A DNA stretch of 64,000 nt from Kosmotogaceae bacterium (lineage in GTDB: Bacteria > Thermotogota > Thermotogae > Petrotogales > Kosmotogaceae). Location of the stretch: positions 3,541-67,540 of the forward strand of contig DAIMTK010000010.1 in NCBI GenBank assembly GCA_036728705.1. The letters are read 5' to 3'. Shown piece after piece: positions 57,166 to 64,000 of the stretch. Under the pieces are notes generated by a model, which was not told the DNA's origin, did not search any database, and was given only the letters and a program-made list of their open reading frames with translations. Made by a program: the position numbers and the translations under genes. Positions within the stretch are counted from its first letter, which is position 1. Each line of letters starts with the position of its first letter.

Positions 57166-58185
57166 ATGAGAAGAGTCGTCATTACTGCAGATTCCTGTTT
57201 CCCAAGAAGAAGAGATTGCGCCTTTGCTCTAATAGACGTCACCGATGGCAACAACCCAGAGATAGTCAGCAGGACTTCAGTGCCAGATCACTGCTGCGCT
57301 TTTGCCGCCAGCGATCACAGACTTTACTGTGCACCTCCGGGTAGTTTCATGGTCTTCGACATTTCAAACCCGTTCAATCCAATACTTGAATCGCGGCTTA
57401 AGGCGAGCCATGGTTGCAAGATAGTTGTCTCTGAAAGTGAAAAGAGAGTCTATCTAGCAGACTGGAACAACGGAGTCCTGATAATTGATATAGGCGACTC
57501 TAAAAATCCAAGCATTATCGGAAGGATGAGTTGCGATGGAGAGAATCAGTTCGAAGGAGAAATCCATCCTTATGGAGTCTCGGGACTCGCAGTAAAAGAC
57601 AGGTTTCTCTTTGCTTCCACAATGGACTATGATATGCGCCAGAACCGTGAGGCTCTATATGTCTACAATATTGAACAACCGAGGAACCCGAAATGGATTG
57701 CGCGCATTGGAACTTCTCCATGTCGTGGCCACGGCATTGTACTGAAGAGAAATTTCGCAATCGTAGTAGGTTTGAGACACACTATGGTGATCGATATATC
57801 GAGACCGGACGAACCGACAATAATATCCATAATCGACACACCCGAAAGATTCGGAATGAATCCCTGGATGTCTGGAAATTATGTATATGTACCAGAGACT
57901 GCGTATGAGCCAAACCGAAGAATGGCCGGATTCAGGATCCTCGATGTATCGAATCCACTGCACATCCAGTACCTGAGTGAGATATTGATTCCCGCGAAGA
58001 CTGCTTCAAACGTTAAAGTCGTCGATAACGTCGCCTATCTCGCCTGTCAGGGTGGACTTGCAATGATAGACGTCTCAAACCCTCAGAGCCCCTATCTAAT
58101 GAACTTGTTCAGTCCGGGTGGCTCAGAGAGAATAGGCGAAGGTATAGAAGTAGTTGACTACGCAGACGAGGTCTTCGCACATTAA
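57166..58185 (+). CDS. LVIVD-repeat beta-propeller protein, paralog 1
   Basis: Repeats such as GVLIIDIGDSKNPSIIG, ALYVYNIEQPRNPKWIA, HTMVIDISRPDEPTII and GLAMIDVSNPQSPYLM. No signal peptide. Confidence 0.8.
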   Translation: MRRVVITADSCFPRRRDCAFALIDVTDGNNPEIVSRTSVPDHCCAFAASDHRLYCAPPGSFMVFDISNPFNPILESRLKASHGCKIVVSESEKRVYLADWNNGVLIIDIGDSKNPSIIGRMSCDGENQFEGEIHPYGVSGLAVKDRFLFASTMDYDMRQNREALYVYNIEQPRNPKWIARIGTSPCRGHGIVLKRNFAIVVGLRHTMVIDISRPDEPTIISIIDTPERFGMNPWMSGNYVYVPETAYEPNRRMAGFRILDVSNPLHIQYLSEILIPAKTASNVKVVDNVAYLACQGGLAMIDVSNPQSPYLMNLFSPGGSERIGEGIEVVDYADEVFAH

Positions 58186-58246
58186 GTTCCTAGAGGACCA
58201 AAGGGCACAGAAGTTCGAATCGACTCGATTAAAGGAGGTATCTGGT

Positions 58247-58660
58247 ATGAAAAGGGTAGCAGGAATACTTATTGTAACGATCTTACTGTCTGTCTTCACG
58301 GTTATGGCCAACGAAACTGTCAGCACGTTTTTTGAGGGCACATCTGAACTAAGGACTGCCAAAGCGCCAACGTTTGTCGGGAACTACGACTCGGAAGTCA
58401 CCGCTGTCTATATACTTGTCTCAAACGAAATGATACCGGTAGAACTGCAGAGCGAATGTCTGAACATTCACTGTTGCGCCGCAAGAAACGCCCTCTGGAA
58501 GGAGATATGCAAGACAGCGATGTCAAGAGGCTGTGTTATCAAGGACGGAGACAAGGTCATAGTCTTCTACAGAGACTTTGGTGTAGAGAAAGTGGCTATT
58601 GTTCAGGCAAGTGAAAGGGCATTTGCTAATGATGAATTTGGAATGACAATCGAAGCCTAG
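58247..58660 (+). CDS. small secreted Cys-containing hypothetical protein
   Basis: ATG at 58247 behind AAGGAGG. Signal peptide MKRVAGILIVTILLSVFTVMA. 137 aa with 5 Cys. Confidence 0.6.
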   Translation: MKRVAGILIVTILLSVFTVMANETVSTFFEGTSELRTAKAPTFVGNYDSEVTAVYILVSNEMIPVELQSECLNIHCCAARNALWKEICKTAMSRGCVIKDGDKVIVFYRDFGVEKVAIVQASERAFANDEFGMTIEA

Positions 58661-58750
58661 GAAATCGAGGAAGAACGACTCGAAAGAACAAGAGAAAGTC
58701 GTAAGAAGAGAACTTGAATAATTCCTTCCGAAACAGAGGTGTGGATATTG

Positions 58751-58777
58751 GGCTCGCTCAGGCGGGCCACTTTTTTT
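58751..58777 (+). terminator. Rho-independent terminator
   Basis: GGCTCGC-tcag-GCGGGCC stem (one G-U pair) followed by T7. Confidence 0.7.
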
Positions 58778-59069
58778 GTGGTTTTTGTCAAATTCTCTGA
58801 ACGAAGGAAAGTTAATGTCTTCTCAAGATTATCGGTCTTGTGCAGAGCATACCGGTGGTATCATTATTGTTGAAGAGATACTTCCTTCGCGATACTGAGT
58901 ACTGACAACAAGATTGTGGAGATTGTCGAAAAAGGCAGCTGTGTAGAAACCCGAACGGCTTTTTGAGTCTGTGTTCTCCTCGGGTAATCCAGAAAAATGA
59001 TCCGGACTGTTCTGCGAATTCAGGCTGGAGCATCACGTTTCTTTAACGGCAGCGGTTCTAGCCAGGATT

Positions 59070-59948
59070 GTGAGGCAAGTTTTGGAAAGAGCTGTTTACT
59101 ACTTCACCGGAACGGGCAACTCTCTTGTTGTTGCCAGAGATATTGCGGATAGAATCGGGGCATCTCTCTTTCCGATAGCTTCATTCAAAGATGAGAAAGA
59201 CATTTCCGTTGAAGCGGAGAGCATAGGAATAGTCTTTCCCGTTTACTTCATGGGGTTGCCGAATATCGTGAAGAGTTTCTGTAGCAAATTGGGAGGCATC
59301 GGCGACAAATACATCTTCGCTGTATGTACTTATGGCGGTGGAAAGGGCGATTCGATAAAGGAACTGAGGAGTGTCCTCTCTTCCGCCGGGGGAAGACTCT
59401 CGGCAGTTATTGGAGTTCACATGCCCCAGAATTCATTCAAGAAGCCCGGTGAGAATTCCACCAGAGTACTGAAGAAATGGAAGGCGTTATCGCTGGACAT
59501 CGCTGACAGGATCTCGCAAAAGAAGGAGTTCTATTTCGTATCGAACAGGCTTATAGATCTTGTACAGATTCCGTTAACACCCTTGCTGAGACCCGCTTAT
59601 ATGAAGTATATGATTGAAGAGACCGGAGGCTCGAAGGAGCAGTCGAGAGAAGAGCTGATCGGAAGAATAGATATGGTTTTTGAGACAAACCAGTCTTGCA
59701 ATGGCTGCGGTAGTTGTGCAAGAGTCTGCCCGGTAGACAATATTGAGATGATTTCCGGAAGGCCGGTCTGGCTGCATAAATGTGAAAAATGTCATGCCTG
59801 CCTTAACTGGTGCCCGAATAGAGCGATATACGACAGGACTGGCAGAGAGCAATTCTTTTATAGGAATCCGCAAGTCACATTTGACGATATGCTGAAGCAG
59901 AAACAGAGGAACATGATCCAAAGGAACAATAATCAGACTGCCATGTGA
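59070..59948 (+). CDS. EFR1-type ferredoxin (flavodoxin-like domain + 2x[4Fe-4S] motif)
   Basis: YYFTGTGNSL flavodoxin-like N-terminus. CNGCGSCARVCP and CEKCHACLNWCP cluster motifs. GTG start, weak SD. Confidence 0.75.
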   Translation: MRQVLERAVYYFTGTGNSLVVARDIADRIGASLFPIASFKDEKDISVEAESIGIVFPVYFMGLPNIVKSFCSKLGGIGDKYIFAVCTYGGGKGDSIKELRSVLSSAGGRLSAVIGVHMPQNSFKKPGENSTRVLKKWKALSLDIADRISQKKEFYFVSNRLIDLVQIPLTPLLRPAYMKYMIEETGGSKEQSREELIGRIDMVFETNQSCNGCGSCARVCPVDNIEMISGRPVWLHKCEKCHACLNWCPNRAIYDRTGREQFFYRNPQVTFDDMLKQKQRNMIQRNNNQTAM

Positions 59949-60152
59949 AGAACTTGCTATCGAATATGGGAAGAACCATCAAACTAGCCGTAGAATGAGT
60001 CAATATAATGATAGACACTCTCCAATACTTGACAAGTCAATCAGTCTTTCAGAAGAAACTCCGTTGTGGTCATTTGTAGTAGCCTAGAACACTCTTTACT
60101 CGTTTGTTTCATTGCACATTACTCCGTTATTGAGCTTTTCGGGAGGTGCGCC

Positions 60153-61193
60153 ATGAAGAGAGTTCTCGCAGTAAGCGAATACAATGATCCCAGAAACACC
60201 AGACACAGGCTGCATTTAGTAGATGCCGACGATCCTTTTCGGCTGTCTCTGCTTTCTGTTCTCGAAACTCCTGACATTGTCCATTCCTTAAGAAATCGAG
60301 ATGGACTTCTATACTGCTCAATGCCTAAAGGCTTTTCAATATACGACGTTTCAAGCCTTGAAGCTGTAAAAGAGCTTTCCCATCTTGATCTGTACGGGGG
60401 CATCAGTATGGAGCTGTCCTCTGATGGAAATTACGCTTATCTGACTTCCTGGAAGAGGGGAATAACCATTGTCGATGTCCATAACCCCTGCAATCCATTC
60501 GTTGCCGGGCTGGCACCGTGCAACTACGAGGTTCTTCCCGACGACAAGACACCTTTTGGGCCTTACGGAGTCGCCGGACTCTCTCTTCGCGGCAATTATC
60601 TGTTCTGCGTGACCTGCGACTATACGGACGACAAACACAGAGAGGTCTTCATTGTTTACGATATAGCAGATCCATCAAACCCTCAGCAGAAGGTAATGAT
60701 CAGCACCGCTCCCTGGAGAAGCCATGGAATGGTTGCTCAAGGAGATCTTGCTTATGCCTCGGGTTTTGAAAGCATACTTGTTTTCGACATCTCAGAGCCG
60801 CTCGATCCCGTTCTTATCAACAGACATGAACTCAAGGCTAGAATGTGCTGTAATGCAGTGATTCGGGGGAATCTGCTGTTCAGTGCGGGGTCAGATTACG
60901 CTCCTGAAGGGTCGGCCGGGGTACTGTCGGTTTTTGACATCACTAACCCTCTGCATATCAAGAAAGTCGGAGAGACTCCTACCATTGGACGCGTCAGCTG
61001 GAATCTGGCAGTGGTAGATGATTTTGCCTATGTTGTAAGCGACAATACCATTTCAGCCGTAGAAATAGCTAACCCCGAAAAACCTACTGTTAGAGGTCTT
61101 TGCGGGCCATCAGGAGCGTCCATGGTCTATGAATCAATTGAAGTTATAGACTCTTCTGTTTGGGATATCAAAGGTGGGAGAGAATATGAATAA
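60153..61193 (+). CDS. LVIVD-repeat beta-propeller protein, paralog 2
   Basis: ATG at 60153 behind GGGAGGTG. Repeats GFSIYDVSSLEAV, GITIVDVHNPCNPFV, VFIVYDIADPSNPQQ, SILVFDISEPLDPVL and VLSVFDITNPLH. Confidence 0.8.
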   Translation: MKRVLAVSEYNDPRNTRHRLHLVDADDPFRLSLLSVLETPDIVHSLRNRDGLLYCSMPKGFSIYDVSSLEAVKELSHLDLYGGISMELSSDGNYAYLTSWKRGITIVDVHNPCNPFVAGLAPCNYEVLPDDKTPFGPYGVAGLSLRGNYLFCVTCDYTDDKHREVFIVYDIADPSNPQQKVMISTAPWRSHGMVAQGDLAYASGFESILVFDISEPLDPVLINRHELKARMCCNAVIRGNLLFSAGSDYAPEGSAGVLSVFDITNPLHIKKVGETPTIGRVSWNLAVVDDFAYVVSDNTISAVEIANPEKPTVRGLCGPSGASMVYESIEVIDSSVWDIKGGREYE

Positions 61194-62184
61194 TCTCGCG
61201 ATTTCAATGGATTCTGATCCCGAGGAAAGAGAAGACAGCGCATTCATGGTTGTCGATATTACTCCTAATCAGACACCGGCGCTTGTTGGCAGGACACCAT
61301 GTCAAGGTTTTTACAGAGACCTGTTCGGAGTCGGTAATTATCTCGTCTGTTCAGGAAATTCCGAAGTCGATATCTACAATGCAGCAATGCTGCCGGAAGT
61401 AAGTCTTATCTCTCATTTCAAGGAGTTCGGAGGGAAGAAGATCGCTCCGGATGTACACAGAGATCTCATATTCGTTCTAAACGAAGTTCAGGGTGTTGGT
61501 ATCATAAGCATAGCAGAACGAGAAGAGCCGAAGTTGCTCAGTCACATCTACCCGGGAAATCTTTCAAAAGATCTATTAATGACGGATATCGCCTTGCTCG
61601 ACAACCATCTTCTGTTGCTTGTTAATGATTTGAACACTTCATCTCACCGTGAATGCCTGCTGATTTACGACGTCACTTCGCCCGAGAATCCGCAAATGAA
61701 AGAAAAAGTGAGTATTGCCCCCTGCAAGGGCAACGTTCTTGCGATAAAGGGTGAGAGACTGTATATCTCTGGATTCAACAATCTTATGATCAGGAACATC
61801 AATGACATCAATGGAAGCGGAGGTTCGGCACTTGTGGAAAGGGACAGGACCAGGGGAGTTGGATTGATTGTCTATGGAGACTTCGCTTATCTTGTCGAGC
61901 ATGAATGGGCTCTTAGGTCGACAACGGCTTTGCTCAATGTTGTCGATCTGAGGGTATCAGATGAACCAAAGTTCATGGGAAAGACGCTTCTGTCCATCAA
62001 CTTTCTGTCAGACAATCAAGACGTCTCGATGAGGAAGATCGGGGAGAGACTAGTCCTCGTTTCGAGTTTCGGATTGCGAGTCATCGACGTGAGCGATCCT
62101 TTCGATCCGTGTATTACCGATTTGTTCCGTCCCTCAAATAGATTCCGAATCACTTCCGGACTGGAGATACTCACGGTGGACTGA
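61186..62184 (+). CDS. LVIVD-repeat beta-propeller protein, paralog 3 (most divergent)
   Basis: ATG at 61186, overlapping the paralog 2 stop by 8 nt. Repeats AFMVVDITPNQTP, LLIYDVTSPENPQ and LRVIDVSDPFDP. Confidence 0.75.
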   Translation: MNNLAISMDSDPEEREDSAFMVVDITPNQTPALVGRTPCQGFYRDLFGVGNYLVCSGNSEVDIYNAAMLPEVSLISHFKEFGGKKIAPDVHRDLIFVLNEVQGVGIISIAEREEPKLLSHIYPGNLSKDLLMTDIALLDNHLLLLVNDLNTSSHRECLLIYDVTSPENPQMKEKVSIAPCKGNVLAIKGERLYISGFNNLMIRNINDINGSGGSALVERDRTRGVGLIVYGDFAYLVEHEWALRSTTALLNVVDLRVSDEPKFMGKTLLSINFLSDNQDVSMRKIGERLVLVSSFGLRVIDVSDPFDPCITDLFRPSNRFRITSGLEILTVD

Positions 62185-62219
62185 GCCGATCAGAAGCTCC
62201 GGGAAAGAAGATAGTACAA

Positions 62220-63231
62220 TCATTCAGTCTCTAAGATCTTCACACCCCAGTTTGCTCTACCTTGCGTAGCATCCAGCGCCGAGAGCAGTTTTGGCGATTC
62301 TTGTTTGCTGACGTCGACGACTGCCACGCCAGATCCGCAGGCGATATAGGATAAGCTGCCGATGATTTCAATGTTCAATGCGATATTCTGATGCAAGGTG
62401 ATACTCCCGGCCGTTTTCGGATGAATTGGATTTGAAATATCTATTATGTCAAGTACTCCGCTGCGCTCCTCGGAATCGAGTATGACACCAACTGCAAAGA
62501 GAAGGTTATCCACAATCTCTGCGCTTGCATAATAGCTGTTGTTGACTGCCATTTCTCCAACAATCACAGGATCATCCGGGATGGAAAATGTCAAAGGTAA
62601 GTACCCCGGTGGCTCCGACGGCGAAGACGTAGTTGCCTTTCGAATCCATTCCGTGAGCTCTGAATCCGCGAGTCGGGATTTTCGTGACTTTTCTGGGGTT
62701 CGACGGATCCGAGATATCATACACATACAGTGCTCCGATGTTTCTTGACAGGAGATAGTCCATTGAGACCCCGAGTAGATAGTTTCCTCTGAGGCAAAGA
62801 CCGTCAGCGATTCCATAAGGACCGTCATTTCCAGCAGGAACAGGGTCTATACAGTCGCAATCAGCAATTCCTAGAGGGATCGGGTCGTCTCTTTTTGAGA
62901 CATCCAGGATTGCAATTCCGCGCCTCCAGTTTGATAAGTATAGCAGATTGCTATTCTCGTCCAGAAGAAGATGTCCGCCGTTGTAGCCCTCGATTCTCTT
63001 CAGGAGTCCAATCTCCTAGATATTTGAGATGTCGAAGACCTCGAAGAACTCTCTTTCAAGGCAATAGAGTCTTCCCGAATCGACTAGGAAGGCCATGCAG
63101 TTTCCTGCGACTTTAACCCTGGCATTTACGGATATCCTCGCCGGGTCGGAGACATCTGCCAAGATGAATGAGGAACCGATATTCCAGCCAGATAGATTCT
63201 CGCCAAAAACGAGACGTTTCACAGAAATCAT
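62220..63231 (-). pseudogene. LVIVD-repeat paralog 4, disrupted by an in-frame TAG and a +1 frameshift
   Basis: Three ORF fragments (63231..63016, 62763..62572, 62828..62220) together read as one propeller protein. TAG at 63018..63016. There is an extra T in the T4 run at 62588..62585 (GVLTFDI|SIPDDPVIVGE, compared with GVLSIDISIPEEPEVIGE in paralog 5). Confidence 0.75.
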
Positions 63232-63294
63232 GCCTCCTCCAGGCCCAAAATCATGAACCCGTTTTAAGAGATAGAGGAAATATTTAAGACTTCT

Positions 63295-64000
63295 TCAGTC
63301 TGCTTCTACTATAGCCACGCCTATGTATTCCTTAGTCGGATCCAGTTCATCAAAAAAAGCTAAAACTGCCGGGTTGTTTACATCTTTTACGTTCACAGCC
63401 GCGACACCGTGAGAGCAGGCCAGATAGGCGATATCTTTATCCACGAGAAATCCAAAAACCTCTCCCGTGTCTATACGGGTCTCGTTTATGAGGAAAGGAT
63501 GCACCGGGTTTGAAACGTCGATTACCTGAAAGAATCCATTCTGAGACCTGTCGCTGGAGAGGAGCGGCAATGAAGACAATTTGCTGTCAGCCTTTGCAGA
63601 ACTCTCTTCTTCGGCGAATTCAAGTATTCTTCCCGAGATTAGGAGTCGATTCCTGTAATCTCGGGCGAAAACGCCGAACCTTCCTTCAAGCGAAAGCTCT
63701 CCGATGACTTCGGGCTCTTCGGGTATTGAGATATCTATTGAAAGAACCCCGCATGCACCCACCGCGAACAAGTGGCTTCCTACTATTGCCATTCCATGAC
63801 CCTTAACGGGGGTCGTGCTCAATCTTGCAGCCTTCCTGATATTTTCGATATCGCTAACGTCGTAGACGTACAGCGCTTCCCTCTCTTTTGTAGCCACATA
63901 ATCCATGGCGACCCCAAAGACATAGTGTCCCCTCTTCACTATCTGAGAAATCCCGTATGGGCCGAAACCAGCACCTGGTTCAACTGAGATATCACAATCA
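63295..64000 (-). CDS. LVIVD-repeat beta-propeller protein, paralog 5, 5'-truncated at window edge
   Basis: The frame remains open upstream of the listed GVG/GTG start to nt 63999 (DCDISVEPGAGFGPYGISQIV...). Repeats ALYVYDVSDIENI, VLSIDISIPEEPEV, FFQVIDVSNPVHPF and VAAVNVKDVNNPAV. Confidence 0.8.
   Translation of the reverse strand, partial: DCDISVEPGAGFGPYGISQIVKRGHYVFGVAMDYVATKEREALYVYDVSDIENIRKAARLSTTPVKGHGMAIVGSHLFAVGACGVLSIDISIPEEPEVIGELSLEGRFGVFARDYRNRLLISGRILEFAEEESSAKADSKLSSLPLLSSDRSQNGFFQVIDVSNPVHPFLINETRIDTGEVFGFLVDKDIAYLACSHGVAAVNVKDVNNPAVLAFFDELDPTKEYIGVAIVEAD

Noticed and set aside
58812-59036. A 74-aa minus-strand ORF in the spacer before the ferredoxin gene.
   Set aside because: It has no SD and no recognisable features, and it lies in a region more likely to be promoter or leader. 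I could not support it as coding.
1-64000. Evidence for mobile elements, prophage or a defence island (transposase, integrase, restriction, toxin-antitoxin, cas).
   Set aside because: - No ORF shows the corresponding motifs.
- No terminal inverted repeats or tRNA-flanked boundaries were seen.
- The accessory-looking parts are transporter, catabolic and paralog-expansion loci instead.

Overview
This is a densely coding 64-kb chromosomal segment with genes on both strands. Gene content and the GGAGGTG-type ribosome-binding sites suggest a Thermotogota-like (Mesotoga/Kosmotoga-type) anaerobe, but that is inference only. Solute uptake and carbohydrate or organic-acid catabolism dominate.

Main loci, in order:
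- An Opp/Dpp-type ABC operon with an embedded TIM-barrel enzyme (1-6.7 kb).
- Scattered GNAT, TraB and MFS genes, plus two secreted or lipoprotein genes (6.9-13.9 kb).
- A SorC-regulated CUT1 sugar locus carrying a DhnA-type aldolase, a Zn-dehydrogenase, a TIM-barrel enzyme, an NAD-kinase-like kinase, an ADP-ribosylglycohydrolase and an MFS transporter (14-23.7 kb).
- A SatP-type acetate channel, UV-damage endonuclease, YbaK deacylase and CoA-transferase A/B (24-30 kb).
- A DUF2089 / SHOCT-like / DUF4097 / toastrack envelope-type module (30.2-33.2 kb).
- Nicotinate phosphoribosyltransferase, pdxS, pdxT and an orphan class II amidotransferase (33.4-36.8 kb).
- An ABC-2 exporter preceded by an unusual leader and mini-ORF region (36.9-39.2 kb).
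- An IclR-associated oxidative sugar/sugar-acid locus (39.5-49.6 kb).
- YtrA-like GntR/ABC exporter operons and a secreted alpha/beta hydrolase (49.7-56.8 kb).
- An array of five paralogous LVIVD-repeat beta-propeller genes, one of them decayed, interleaved with an EFR1-type ferredoxin and a small secreted protein (57.2-64 kb).

I recognised no rRNA, tRNA, CRISPR array, transposase or integrase.

The most interesting signals are:
- The promoter / leader ORF / terminator element followed by three mini-ORFs that each have a ribosome-binding site, upstream of the ABC-2 exporter.
- The LVIVD paralog array, whose complete copies lack signal peptides.
- A lipoprotein with a clan-CD (caspase/legumain-like) His/Cys signature.
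- A 0.5-kb non-coding tract of degenerate repeats.
- Several clear promoter/operator palindromes.
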